In this document: in pieces, positions 13,830 through 27,667 of the stretch
Numbering within the stretch: the first letter of the stretch is position 1
How the letters are laid out: each line of letters begins with the position of its first letter
Assembly (NCBI GenBank): GCA_028534125.1
Contig: CM052816.1
Location: forward strand, 83,702,001 to 83,766,000
DNA from: Lama glama
Lineage: Eukaryota
Length of the DNA: 64,000 bases
Reading direction: 5' to 3'
The notes under the pieces: generated by a model
What the model was told of the DNA's origin: nothing
Databases searched by the model: none
What the model saw: the letters and a program-made list of their open reading frames with translations, nothing else
Made by a program: the position numbers and the translations under genes

Positions 13830-14640
13830 TTCATTCCTTTCACTCAAACATTTATGCATTAATTAATTCATTTAGTGCATACCAGTATTTTAGTTATTCA
13901 AAATAATCATTGTTCAGCGAATACTAGGGATTTATGGATTCACCCGTTCTTCATTCAATGATACATTATATTTCAGTAACTGTGCGAGGTGCTGATAGGT
14001 CCTGGATAACTATAATCCAGCTCAATCACTTCAGATCCTTAGAGCCCAAATAAACCATTTATAGCAATACAAAAGTAAGCATCAGGCTATCTTAGCGGCA
14101 AATTTTATTTGTGTGTGTGTGTGTTTTGATCAGAAATCCAATTTTGAAAATTGTGCCCCAAAGTGTTAAGTTTCAAAATGAAATCCCTCTAAGTGGCCAT
14201 TGGAATCTGAAATCTAGAAAAAGTTGCTTACCTAGGACATTTAGAATAAAATAATTGGGGTGAGGATGTGATTCTATGTAAGACTATGAAGTCTACACAG
14301 CAGGAGGAAGAGAATCCTTAAGAAGAGAATCTAAAGTTGTAAGAAAAAGAACCAAGAGAGGAGTGCCATTGAGATCATGGAAAGGAAGAGTTTGAAAATT
14401 CTACTGTTGAAATGGAATTTGCAAAATTGTGAAATGAACAAAGTTCCCGTAAATGGCATATTTAAAAGTTGTTTTTTGTTGTTGTTTTTTAACTTGACAA
14501 TTAGTTTAAGCTTAGTTTTGAAGTAAGGAAGCAGACTGCAATGGGTTAAATACATACGATACGTAAAGAAGTAGAGGCAAGTAGCATATTTTGTTTTTTA
14601 GAGATTGTGGCTGCATCTGCATAGAGAAATGCAGGCAATA
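13830..14640 (-). mobile_element. L2 fragments
   Basis: 'ttcattcctttcactcaaacatttat' tail motif and purine-rich L2-like body (gactgcaatgggttaa...aagaagtagaggcaagt). Confidence 0.45.
14072..14236. mobile_element. Possible hAT-type MITE
   Basis: Imperfect inverted ends aagtaagca...tgcttacct; right end resembles a Charlie-type TIR. Confidence 0.3.
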
Positions 14641-16493
14641 TCGAGAGATAAACATATTTATAGTTTAAGAGATATAGATCAAAAAAAGAAAAGCATTGTG
14701 TATACAAGAGTTAAGGAAATAAAATTAATGGATCAAAATGTTAACATAGATATGATGAGATAATACCTGGAGAGTGGATAGAAGAAATACATTGTTTCTT
14801 ATACATTAGACATATTCCCAATCTAATTAGCTGCAGAAAAATGCTGTAGTCGGGAATCTCTGATTCTTTGGGATAACATTATTTGTTATAATGAAAGTGT
14901 AAGCAGAAGATCTAGATGGATGAATAATGTTGATATATAATTGAATAAAGATGTCTGAGTTTATGCTTAAGGGGAAAATCATTTAAAAAAGTGTGTAATT
15001 AGAATGAGCACAATATAATGCAACACTTATTATAGTGGAGCATTTATGTGGGAGGATAACAAAATAACTTTGAATGGTGTATCTGGTATGCTTAGATTGC
15101 CATGTAAAGGGCCTTGAACTTTTTCTTATAAACAATGTATACATACAGCTATTTAATATGCAGACATAGAAAGCAAGTGACTAGTTATGTAGTCATTGCA
15201 ATAATACAATTAATTCTAAATTCTAAACCCATCATTTAGTGATATTAGAAAATAATTTCCATATGTAAAGACATTGCCAAGAATGATTTGACAAAATTTA
15301 TTTTATAATAGATTTGATGAAAAGTGTCAAATATGATTTTAAGTAATATTGCAATAATTTAATATTTTTCACTGACTACAGAGGTCACATGCTGAAACAA
15401 AAGAGCAAAAGACAGACATAAATTATAATGAAATGTTAATAAGAAAAAGTGAAAGAACGGAGTGAAGTCCACAGACATGTATTTAAATGTGTATGTGCCA
15501 TGTGAGGCTACTTCTGGACAAGAAAGAGTCTAGTTTTACCAATTCACTTCATTAGTGGTGTAGTGCTTTGCCAATGTTACCATTTAACTGTATGAATAAT
15601 TTATTATTTTAAATGACATGTTTATTTATGATGTATAATATTTAAAAATTTATAAATAATAGGCATACATGAATTGAGATCCAATTACTTTAAAAATGAC
15701 TTTCCTAAATGCTATCTAATGCATTCTTAATATATTGCTAGTCAATAATTTTAAGTAAATAGCTTTATAATTTTATTTTGTAATGAAAGTTCATATTTCA
15801 ATTTTATAACCAATCTATGTTTACTAATAAAAGAAGTAAGTTATCCAGGAATATTGATGTGCTGTCTCAAATATTTATATAAAAGCACGCACAACAAAAA
15901 TTTTTCCCAAGTACTATACAATTTCAATTAGATTTTGATTAAAGACATCTAAAACAGATATTAAATTAAGGTACAGTTATTATATTAAGATTTGGTTAGT
16001 TATATTTAAATTGAAATTTTGGGGCTTTTCTAAATAAAATGAACTATACTATTACTTGTCATAAATTTCTGTATACTTTGCACATCAGCTATGTTATTGT
16101 TCAAAGTAAAATCAAAAGAATGCATACAGTATTAATATACAGAAGAATTAAAATACAAATACAAGTTGTTATTATTAAAAAGAAAAAAGAAAACTGAAAA
16201 AAGAGCAAAATATCAGCCTCATTTAAACTGTACACCTGAAAATGTCTCTTTCAATATTTGTCATTCAATCATACTTCTACAGATACCAATGAATAGAAAT
16301 GTCAGGCAAGTGAAATAATAAGAGAAATATAAAGGAAAATGAACCAATTCAATGGAGTCAGTGAAGTGGAAATAAAGTATGCTTTATAATCATGATTTAA
16401 TCTCCTCTCTGGAATGAAGCTGCCAATTGCTGCTTCATTAAATTTTTTTTCCCACAAATTCATCCTAGGTAGTACCTAAGTTTTTTTTCACAT

Positions 16494-16922
16494 TTAAACA
16501 TATTGAATTTCTTATTTGCAATGGTTGTCCAATATACTTTTATCAAACATTTAATAGCATGAAAAAGTAAATATTTGTGGGCAGGAAAGATAAAATTCTA
16601 TTACTTTATAATAAATATTTTCGGATATATCTACATTAAATTTCTAATGTATAGGTATATAGTATATACCATATACACATACGTGCAAGTATATTCACAT
16701 GCCCAAATTAAACATTTTGAATTTCTTATTTGCAATGGTTGTCCAATATACTTTTATCAAACATTTAATAGCATGAAAAAGTAAATATTTGTGGGCAGGA
16801 AAGATAAAATTCTATTACTTTATAATAAATATTTTCGGATATATCTATCATTAAATTTCTAATGTATAGGTATATAGTATATACCATATACACATCCGTG
16901 CAAGTATATTCACCTGCCCAAA
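16494..16922. repeat. Two-copy tandem duplication, unit about 214 bp
   Basis: 16494-16707 is repeated at 16708-16922 with four differences by eye. Confidence 0.95.
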
Positions 16923-17667
16923 TTACACTTATGTTCACATATTTATGTTGTTTTGGGAACAAGCAAGTGCTCACAATATATGTATTTTTATCATATTGGC
17001 ATTTATCTTCTTTTAAGTCAATATGCAGAGCAAACAAAGCATCTATCTAGTGTATCAAGAATTGAAAACATCACAACAGATTTATATATCATCTTGTAAA
17101 AATGCAAATTTCATACTGATTTGCTTTTAGGTTGCCAAATATGAAGCAAAAAAACCCTGAGCTTTGATGTGTAACTGATTTTCCTTTTCTAATTGAAATT
17201 GTGGAAAATAGAGGAGAAAATTAATAGCTTTTCAGCATTAATAAAGTTGATTCTTTTAGGATAATGAATTGAGGGAAAATGAATCCAATGCTCCCTCACT
17301 TCTTTCAATCTAATGGACTATTCTAAGGACTGAGTACTCTGAAAAAACATGCTTCTCATTCATTCTCTTTAAATCATAATTATTAAACAAACCAAATTAG
17401 TGCACAAACTAATAGTTTTGTAATAGCAAGTAGTGTATCTTTCAGAAAATAGCTCAGATTAAAGGAATTCGTTATTAAAATGATCAGATTACTGGGATCT
17501 AGACTAAGAAGAATAAGAAAATTTCCACTTATTCCATAAGCTATGACCTTCACATAGTTAGTGCTTTGCGTTAGAATCATAAAACCAACATTACAAAGTA
17601 CATTATAACCCAAAAAGACAAATTTGGGCATCTTTTCTTCTCTGTGGTTTCATGCACAGAATGCTTC

Positions 17668-18233
17668 TGAGGTGGGAAGCCCCATAAAAAGACTGGCAGG
17701 ACCCCCAAGCAGGGCCACTACTCTCCTGCTAGCACTATCTAGTTTCCTGGCCCAGAGGCTCTATCTCACTTTTTTGCCTCTGAAACGGCTTACTTCCCCC
17801 TAAAATTCTATTGGTTTCCTGAGCTCACTTCTGATTGGCTATTTCCTTCACTCCTGATTAGTTATTACTCTCACTTCTGATTAGTCCACTTCCCTAACTT
17901 CTGATTGATTCATTTGTAGTACGTCATGTACATGGAGCTCACTCCTGATTGGTTATTTCTCTCACTCCTGATTGGTCTATTTCTACAAAGCTTGTTCCTA
18001 GTTGGTCAACTTTTGTTATACTTTATTTGCATATGATGTTGCAAAGTGTAAACTGGCAGCCTATAAAGGCCAGTTTAAACCTATAGCCGGGGTCCAGAGC
18101 TCGGAGTGTTAACTCCTCTGGGCCTGCTGGTGTAATAAACCTGAGTTCTCCAACTGCTTGGTCTCTCGCCTGGATCCAGGTTGCTGTCACAACTGAGCTG
18201 TAACACCGAGCTGTAACACATTTTTCCACAACA
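17668..18233 (+). mobile_element. ERV1-like solo LTR with CCAAT-box array
   Basis: TG...CA ends, 4-bp flanks cttc/tttc, repeated ctcctgattgg units, TATA-like ctataaa at 18061, aataaa at 18134-18139. Confidence 0.85.
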
Positions 18234-19129
18234 TTTCAAGTGATTAATTCAAATAAATTTTCCATGATAACTTATTGTGAAGTAAACAGTTATGTTAGTG
18301 TTTTGTAAGACTACAAATTATTGTTTAATTTTTGTTTTGAGCTCTTCAAACTAGTATTTTCAATCCATAAGTCTTCATAAAAATGAGAAGACTGTAGTTA
18401 AAATATATGTGATAACTTCTTTTGTTAATACTTTTATTGTGATATGGTTCCTGTACAGTAGAGACACTTGTTTTTAAAAGAAATTATTTTGTATGTTGTC
18501 AGTCAAATCAAGTGGATGATAATTTGTATGTAAGCAAATGTTTATTTCCTTTAAATAGCACTTTTCTAGGAAATCATGACTGTTACTAAAAATTCAGAAT
18601 TCAGAATTTTAAAAATTCTTCCATGGAGTAATGATAATTTGATAGCATAGTAATGTAGCATTATGATTATCCATTTATGATACATAAGGATACATGAATG
18701 ATTTATACTACAAGGTAGCCAAATTACTTTACAATCAATAGTTTAAAAATTCTAATAATAGTGAACAGACTATATGAAGAAAATATTTCTCTAATGAACA
18801 TAAGATTCATGTTAAACATATCTGTCGAAAATAGATTAATTCACAGATATAAAAATAGCTTTTTATTTTATGAGCTACCTAATGGATCACTTGTTAAAAT
18901 ACAGAATAAAACTTTCTGAACCTCTTATAGGAGTTTACCTTAAAGAACATTTATGATTTGCTCATTTATATGTAGTTAAAGGTGAATTTTTAACTCCCAT
19001 ATCAATGCTTTTATACACTGGACTGCTATTTTGTCCTTATAAGTCAAGAAACCCATTCCTCTGAGCAGTGAAAACACACACAAACACATTAAATTCTCAG
19101 CTTTTTCTATGTTCTTATAGTCAATCAAC

Positions 19130-20300
19130 CCACCATCTACCTGACTCTCATAACAGGATATAGAAGGGGACTTTCTGTATTTTGCAAGTTTTAGAAAACC
19201 TAGAGAAAATGTATGACAAGAGCCTCTACCTTTTAAAAACTGTTAAGCAATCTGTGCAAGACTTACTCAAACAGCAAGATCAGCCTAGTCCCTATCCCCC
19301 AGAATAACCTATTTAAGGAAGACTCTTTGAACATAATTTGAGGAGATTCTTTGAAGGGATTCATCTCAGCAAAGAGAAGAATGCTATCACCCTCCTACTT
19401 CCGTGAGGCTGGGGGCTTTTAAGCTAAAGGAAGGTCAAAGGAAATTCTACAGAGACAACAGGGATGACTCTCAGATGGAAGGCTAACATCTCCCTCTGTG
19501 TTTCTATGGGAGGGAAATAAGTGAGAGAAGTCTAAGAGCATTGTGCCTGTTGTTTGCTTTTTGAGTTAAAAACTCTTAAGGTGAGAGGCCATTTGGAACT
19601 GCTCATGAGTTTAAGAGCAAGGAGAAAGGGCAGGGATCAGTGAACTTTACTTGCATTGGCAAGATTTATGATGCTACTTTTGAGCCTTGTGTGGACCCCA
19701 CTGAGATTTGTAAATGAAAAGTCATCTTAAAAAGATTTTTCCCAAACAACATCTGCTTTGGTGATTCATCCTGAGAGCTGCAGATGCACCACTTCAGGGG
19801 ACATAAAGAGAAGAAGCAGTAGTAGTAGAGTTCAGTCGTATCAGTGAGTGGGACAGAGAAAGAGGCAGAATTTTCAGACTTCCGTCAAAAAGTGGTACTG
19901 ATGGCCAGATCACAATAGCCCCAGAGACTTAAGAATTTGTATCATTTCCTCTAATTCCACTACCTCTAATCCATTGGCCTGAAAGATCTACCTACAGCAT
20001 AGGGTGGAGAAATGAAATAAGTAGGTAGAAAAGTGCAAGATTAAAACCAAGTACAGTTATCTGATCCAAAAGGTAAACAGAGGAAATTGGCCGAAGGAGC
20101 TTGAAATTGAGTATGAGGATTTTTGAATTAAACTGGATTAGTTTTGTTTGGTTGGGTTTTTTTTATAGTACCTTGAATTAACTGAATAGCTAGAGAATCT
20201 TCCTGATAATTCCAATATACTATGTTTGAAAGCATTGAGAAGAGAAAAAAATAATTTCTTGATTGCACCATGACATACTGTGCTAATTTGATAAAATGGA
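19130..20300. mobile_element. Possible very old LTR (MamGypLTR-like)
   Basis: GC-elevated purine-rich block ending in 'ttaaactggattagttt...ttgaattaactgaa'; weak recalled resemblance only. Confidence 0.25.
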
Positions 20301-21973
20301 TATACTTTGTTATTTATAGTTACATTAATAAGTGTTTTAATGCATATATTCTGGTATTTCTGAATCTCCCATTTTTCCTATGTAGTTATTTCCCTAAGAT
20401 ATATAACTCCTCAATAACTTTCAATTGTTACAATTAATTTATAAAGAGCTATTTTTCCCCCACGGAATAAAATAAGCCAAAGGGAAAGTGGAAACAGTGT
20501 GAAAATGACTTCTCTTTTGAAATAATTTCTTAGTAGGATATTGGGTACTTTGACGGGTAGCACCATTCTGGAATTATAAAATAGTGAGATTACTCTTGTA
20601 CATTGCAAAATGTCCAAAATGTAAGGTACATTCAGGTGGCTATCACAGCACTTTCACTCATTTCAAAGCTAAATCACAATGATAATTAAGAAAATGATTG
20701 TAATCTCTATTAATGGCATTATTCTTTAGGCATAGAAAATTACACAAATCATGGAGATTGCATCGTGTTAGCCATATCTATGACCGCTTTTCTGTAAGTT
20801 TCTTACCTACACGTTACCACACTTTTATCAGGTGATCATCTTTAATAAAGCCAACAGGGATTGGGGTGATGCAAGATAAAGAAGAATTATTGAGTTGGGT
20901 AGCATTCAGAAGGCAGGACATACAGAAGGAGAAGGGCATTTCCCAGTGGGGTACCCATAATCAGTGATGAGTACCTCATCTGATCAGAGAACAGAGGCCA
21001 AAATACACAAAAATATTGAGTAGCAGAAAACATATGTAAACAAGGGCCCTGAGTGATCCATAAAAGACTGTAGGAAGAGACCAGAAAAGTCTTTTAATTG
21101 GTGGAGATAAGGGAAAAAAGGATGTAGAGTCCAGAGTATTACTAATTATGAGAGCTGCTCTCAAACAACTATTTCTACGTTTATAACCAGCATATTGATA
21201 CATACTATCTCATTTTTTCCCATGGGGAAAAGAGAAACACATAGTGAAAATTAGAAAATGTATCATTTTGACATAGTTATGCCAATTATTTCAGAAGAGT
21301 AAGCTATTAGAAAATGCAATATTTGAAATTCAGTCATACAGAAAATGTCCCCCGGTTGAATAAATAGAGTATAAGTTGTTTGAAGGAACTTATTCTTGAA
21401 TTTGTTTTCTTATGTTTTATGCTAGAAAGGAAATGCTACCAGAGTTAGGCTAATCTCAATTGTACACTTTCTTTGTCTTTGTTTCATTTCTTTTGCAAAC
21501 ACATTTCTCCTAAAATTGCACTACCAGATATATCATTTATTTTGTGGGTTACTGCAGAACAAATGGCATCCTTAATCAAGTTTATTAACTTGCAGCAAAT
21601 GAGGAAGTCAATGATCAGATGAGTGATAGAAATGTTTCTTTCTTTGTAAAAATAAATCAGTGGATAATACAGTAAACAGGTAGAAGGTCTTTTAAAATCA
21701 CAAATTCTTCATGTAAAATGTTCTATTCTGTAAAACATATGTTTTATATGTTACTATTTGCTGTAATTATAGCAGCCCAAGTCGGGGAAAAGACAAGGCT
21801 TCTGATTTGATGTAATGACTATCATACTACTATGCAATAATCATGGTCTTAGATTTATTAAAATGAACCGTAGAAAATCAACGTTGATTTGTGTTAAAAA
21901 CTGTCCAAATCCAGTCATTTCTTTTGATTTAACATAAAAGGAGAACTTGACTCAAGGACCCAGTTGCAGGGTA

Positions 21974-22495
21974 TGAGACGAAGGTGAGTGAGAGTGACTT
22001 TTTGTTCCCTGTCTGTTCACAAGTAGGAATCCCTTTGTCCAACTTGATACCTATCTTGATACATACATTGTAGTGTAAGCTTTAATTTTCGCAATGCAAG
22101 TGCCTGACTTAAGCTTTGATTGCCAAGGCATCCATTTAAAGACCATTGTGGATCAAGAATAAACACACTGCCGGTCTAACTTAGATAAAGAACCAAGCAG
22201 TCCTTCCCTCCAATTTTTTAAAGAGATTTTGATTTTCATAACTGATCTTTTGGGCCATTTGCTTTATCTCTTCCCGTGCTTTAAATTCTTAAATTCACCA
22301 ATAAAAAGTGAGACCCAGAAACCCTGCATTCAAAGTTTCCTGTTGTTTATTACTGAGGGTGTCTTGCAATCATAATCACTACAAGGGCCAGTCCAGCCAA
22401 GACATTGGTTATCCATAGGCTGAGAAGGGCGCACACTCCTCTATCCTTAAATATAATGGTTTCGTAAAGTGTTGTAATGATGAAAAACGTTAACA
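21974..22495 (+). mobile_element. ERV1-like solo LTR, apparently with an inverted internal segment
   Basis: U3-like 'aacttagataaagaac' and 'aaattcaccaataaaaagtgagacccagaaaccc'; TATA and AATAAA part lies on the minus strand at 22324-22457. Confidence 0.55.
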
Positions 22496-23126
22496 TTTGG
22501 TTTAAAGTTTAACTAATTATACTTGTCCTATAATTAGTACTGTCCACATTAATTTGGACAATTGTAGTTTCTTTGGAAGGAAAAAATTAAAGGCATGAGA
22601 CAAATATATTCTACAGAAAAATAGTTAATGGAAAGAAAAGCCATATATCTTTGTCCTATCCTATTCATAGTTCAGAGCTGAAATTCTGAGCTAAAGCTCA
22701 TAGCCAGACATAATGAAATACACACATGTAAAATTGCAACTGAAAACTTTAGTTTTGCTTTCTGAAATGAATCACTTTGCTAGCAAAATATCATTACTGA
22801 CAAGTTAACTAACTACTCCCAGAATCCATGAGATACTAAAGTGCTCATTAAATTAATAAGAAGGGAAATAGATAGTAATCCAAGAATTAGTCAAAAACAG
22901 CCTAATGTTTTAGTTTCCGTTTTCCAAGAAGCTTATTACAAGAAGAACATTTCTGAAGAAGAAAATAACGTGTTCCTTCTGAACTGACCAGTCTTCTCAC
23001 CTACCATTCTTTGTACTATAATTGTGTTCTTCATTACAATTGATTAAATCTGAAATCAAATGTTAAAAGAATTTTCTCATTAGCACACATTTTATCAGGC
23101 CGATCATGAGATTTAAAGATATAAAT

Positions 23127-23153
<27 letters not shown>
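23127..23153. repeat. (CA)n microsatellite
   Basis: acacacacacacacacacacacacaca seen directly. Confidence 0.95.
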
Positions 23154-23157
<4 letters not shown>

Positions 23158-23434
23158 GAAAGAGAGAGAATATTAGCGAATCAGTTGTGAGTTTAAGCAG
23201 CTTTGCTTTAGATTTATACAAGAACTTTTTAATTAGCACTTAAACCACATGGGGGTAAATACCACCTGTACTGAAATCAGAAGTATAGCACCTATTTGTA
23301 ATCAATGTGAAATCAAACTAAGTGACTCTATGACACACACACAGACATTCAGTACCTTTTGCATGACAGTATGTTCACTCATAGTTTTGTTTGTTTGTTT
23401 TTGTTTTTTTGTGGAAAAATTCTTTATTGGCTGA

Positions 23435-23550
23435 AACTGTCATGCATTGAAAGACATTTATCATCCCTGGCACCCAATTACTAGATTCCAGTTCTAATTC
23501 CCATTCATTGTGATAATTAAGACATTCTCCATATTTCCTTAATGCCCCCT
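23435..23550. mobile_element. MER20-like hAT-Charlie fragment
   Basis: 'tgcattgaaagacatttatcatccctggcaccc...tcattgtgataattaa...tgccccct'. Confidence 0.5.
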
Positions 23551-25504
23551 TATTCTAAATCCATACATTAATTGTTCTAACTTGTAATCTGCAATTTGTG
23601 GATTATTGTGACTCAAGTCAAGTTGTAAAATTTTGGAACATTTCAGAATATTTTGGAAATTTTAATTAATGGCAATGGGAAGTGTTGACAATCAGTAAAT
23701 AACAGAGCTTAAATTTCCCAGTCAAATGGATCTTATCTTGACTAGCATATGAGCTTTATAACAATTAATTAAATACATTATATAGAATAGAGTCAGATAC
23801 TTTAGATAGAGGCCAAAACTGGCTCCCTCAAATCTTAAAATTGTTCCTTTGGTTCTGTCTTGTGTACCTCTAACTGATGTTTTAAAGAACAACAACAATC
23901 ACTATGTAAAAATTACTGAGCCAGATCATGTCAAGTTCTTTAAGGAACAGATGTGCAGTTTTTATGGTTCACTTGAGTAGCAAGTGCATTATTGTTTCTA
24001 GAGTGCATACATTGAAACAGTTATAAAAATGTCAAAATTATGTTTCAGTGCTCCATCTTTTTTCAATAGGTATGCTGGAAATTCATCATGATTTTAGTCA
24101 CACAGAAAGTTTTGTATCCCTCTGATTTATGTTAAGTAAATGGTCATATCATTGCTTATTTCTCACCAAAGTGCATGCCAGAAACTTGCTTTCCTACCTT
24201 CTCTTACAGATAGGATATTTCACAATGGTTCCATCTTCTCAATTCTAAATATGACTGTCATTCAGAAAAGAGGAATGAAGGCAGAAAACACTATACATTA
24301 CCCACATCTGGCAAAAATGATGGCTGAATCACCTGGACTTTGGGGCTAAAGTGCAAAATCTTCTGGCATCTGGTTGCCGCATCAACAGTGTGAAATGCCA
24401 ATGTGGGGTCTTCTGTGGAATGTTTCCATGTTGCAGTTTGTGGTCACGTAGTAATCTCAATGCCTGACTGCATGACCTACCCTAGGATTCAAATATCATT
24501 CAGTAAATTTTATTTATATTTTAATTGGCTAGTTTCTTTCTTTCTTTTTTCTTTTCCTCTTTTTCACTTAAGTATTCTCAGGATATCAGAAATGGATGGA
24601 AAACATGTTTCCAGGCAATGCAGCTTCAAGGTAGTGAAAATCTAGGCATGGTTTTGTTACTAGGCAGGAGGGATCCAGCTGATATTGAAAGATGGCACTT
24701 TGCCAGATGGTAGCAAAAGAGTTATTTAAACATTCAACCACAGTTACTGATATAAACTACCTATACTTAGTGTTTTAAGTGACATGATGTTGGCATGAAA
24801 AATACAAGATCTGTAGGATAGGCTGATTACTTCTAATTTGACTGTAACCTTAGAGAAAATAATGATGCTTTCTTCCAATTTCTCAACTTCGGGAATGATC
24901 AGATAAATAGGAGTTGTCTATGGTTGTGCTGAAATAATTTATCACAGTGTCACTACAGAACTAAAGTAACTAAAAGTCAAGTTCTAAGATGGCAGAATTT
25001 TAATGTCATTTGAATTGTTAGCTTCACTGAGCCTTTTAGTAAAATCTCAGTGAATTATTGTAAAAAATGTTGAGACCTTGGGAATTGTAATGGAGCAGTA
25101 TGGGAAGTATGGATCATTCAGGATACAGCAAATTCCAAACCCTACAGAATTTCCATCACCAGCAATTGTTACTCCTCTTTCTGTCTCTCGTGTGTCTGTT
25201 TCTGTTTTGCTTAAATGTTTCAGGCAGGTGCCTTGTTGGGAATGAAGTTATTCCTCCACCTTCACCCTGGTCTCACTTCATTGTCTCCAGTTTTATAGTC
25301 AATTCCTCTTTGCTTAGGAGTGGATGAGGTTGGGCAAATTGGAATAAAATTTGTAATAGAAAAGGGATTTCAAGATTTTGCTGGAAGATATTACCAAAAA
25401 TACAGAGAATGTATGTGGGAATGGATTCTGACGGTTTTAGGTCTTTAAGAGCATAACATAAGAACTGATATGCATCTACATACCAGAGATTTGAAATTCA
25501 ATGC

Positions 25505-25576
25505 ACTAGCTAAGTGGTGGAAAACTTTCTCTGTTAAAAGCCAGATGGTAATTATTTTAAGCTTTTACAGACTACA
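25505..25576. mobile_element. MER58-like hAT fragment
   Basis: 'aaactttctctgttaaaagccagatggtaattattttaagctttt' resembles the MER58 5' end. Confidence 0.6.
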
Positions 25577-25699
25577 TTAGTATGATTTGTCTAGCTTCTG
25601 TATAGAAAATAGACTTGTAGGATTGTGTTAGGAGCTGTGGAGGACCAATTAGGAGAAGACTGTGTAGCACAATGAAGAGCTGATGATGGCTTAGGTTAG

Positions 25700-25845
25700 A
25701 TTGGTAACAGTGGTGGTAGTGTAAGTGGTAGTCACGGCAACAGTAGTATTGATAGGAAAGTTGTGGATACTTTCATGGTAGTAGTGATGGGGGTGGTGGT
25801 GGTCTAGGGTGATAGTAGTGGTAACATGGGAGTCATGGTGGTTGT
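25700..25845. repeat. (GGT/TAG)-rich low-complexity tract following an L2 fragment
   Basis: gtggtggtagtgtaagtggtagt...ggtggtggtgg; upstream 'gaccaattaggagaag...gctgatgatggctt' is L2-like. Confidence 0.7.
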
Positions 25846-27369
25846 CTCTGTTTCTTCTTTTGTATAATGGGGTTATGCGACTCTTACAGTGGCTATAAGG
25901 ATTCAATTAGCTGAAACATTAGAACAAGAAATGTGCTGAACAAAGTAAGTGCATAATAAATACTGACTGAATGTATTATTTTGTTTCCATAGCCACTTAC
26001 TTAACTTATTGTTTCATTTTCCAACTCTGTGTTGCATGCCCACTCACACCAAGTAAAATTCTCTTCTCTAGTAATACTGGATCATACATCTTCCATGGAA
26101 CATGCTGTATATTCTTTTTTGAACAGCACACTTTAAATGAGTAATTCACCTTGCCAAGACATTCTACTTCCTCATCTTCAACTACTTGATTAATAAATGT
26201 CTTTCAAAGTATATTAAATAAATTATTACTTTTGAATACTTTTGTACTTTATACATCCTTCAAAAAAGGATATTTTCTTATAAATAAATGCCTGCCCAAT
26301 AGACTTCTTCAATCATTTAGCATTTGACTATTCATTAAGTTATAAAAATAAATAACCAAATTATATTGAAACACACATTAATAAATGCATGCACAATTTA
26401 ATATAGGGCACTTATAAAGTCTATATTCACAAATGATAAATTAAAAAGAAAGAAGAGTATTAGTATGCCATGGTCAATACTGTTAACAAAAAAAAACTTG
26501 CAAGTATTTAACTTTCATTTTCCTTAGGGATTTCCAAAATGCTTACAATATTTAAGGCACAATCATTTTTACTCCATATAGTATTTTGTTTGGGTTGAAA
26601 CTATAAAAGGGAAAATAGAATAACAGCACCAAATACTTTTGTAGAATTTAAAATATTTCCATAATTTTAGTCATGGGGAAATAATTACGTGAATAATTGT
26701 TACCCGTGTAATGTGTCTTTGTTTGGATGAATGCAACTTTACCATTTGTGTGTTATTATCAAGGGCAAATAGCTGATATAAATTTTCTCCTCATTGAAAG
26801 AACATCATTAGGTTCATTCATTTTGGCAGGTAGAACATTCTGGAATAAATAGACAAAGTAGACATATAAGTCAAGTTCATCTCAAGTAAATTTAAAGTTG
26901 AAGCAATTAATCAATAACACAGTAATGGAATTTTAGATGAGATGCAGGCTGATATGGATTTTGTCATGTTAAGATCATCATGTATAACTGGGAGCATCTG
27001 TCATCTGCCTTATTCTGTATGATAATACGAAACTGCTCATGTCGTTATCTCAGCATGGGAAGTCTTGTTACTCAGAAGATCTTACCTACAGTCAGGTGAG
27101 TGCTCTGAGACAGTGAGTGATTGGTGAGCCTTAGTTAATTTCTGTAATATGATTTATAATCCTGCCTAGCATTGTTAGACATAGTATCCTTAGGAATGTA
27201 ATGTGAAAAGAGTATAGGAATATTTTATTTAAACTTTTTTGGTCCATTTCCTGATTTATGCGGATTTTTAAAGTATTATTCCCCCTCCTTAAAAAAAAAA
27301 AAAGACTTCCAAGTATATTGTTACCCTACAATAATTGTTTCTCATAGAAAATGTCAATATATGTGGAAG

Positions 27370-27590
27370 ATTTATAGCATTATTTAAAAGGCAACCCTCG
27401 GGTTTATACAAACCTGAATTTAAATCCTTTAGCAACCTATCAAACTCTTGACCTTCCATAAATTTATGATTTCAGACTCAGTGTCCTCAAACAAAAGAGG
27501 TATCTAAGGTTTTATCAAGAAGACATATGTGATCTATTTCATTTAGAAAACATGTAGTAAACAAATCAATAAATTGAAGCCACTATCATC
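27370..27590 (+). mobile_element. MIR fragment
   Basis: 'aacctgaatttaaatcc...tgaccttc...ctcagtgtcctca'. Confidence 0.45.
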
Positions 27591-27667
27591 ACTTAAATAC
27601 TAAAAAATAAAGGTTTACTTTGTAACTGAGTCAATTTTATGAGTATTTTCTAGGAAAAAATGAAGGT

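Noticed and set aside
17805..18005. Regularly spaced short repeats superficially like a CRISPR array
   Set aside because: Degenerate tandem units without unique spacers, inside a mammalian LTR U3.
24333..24482. Possible minus-strand exon (cctag|ggt...ccag|gtgatt) with one open frame
   Set aside because: Weak splice signals, unrecognisable peptide and no partner exons.
26937..27101. Strong donor cag|gtgagt at 27095 with open frames upstream
   Set aside because: No clear acceptor or recognisable protein; such donors are expected by chance in 64 kb.
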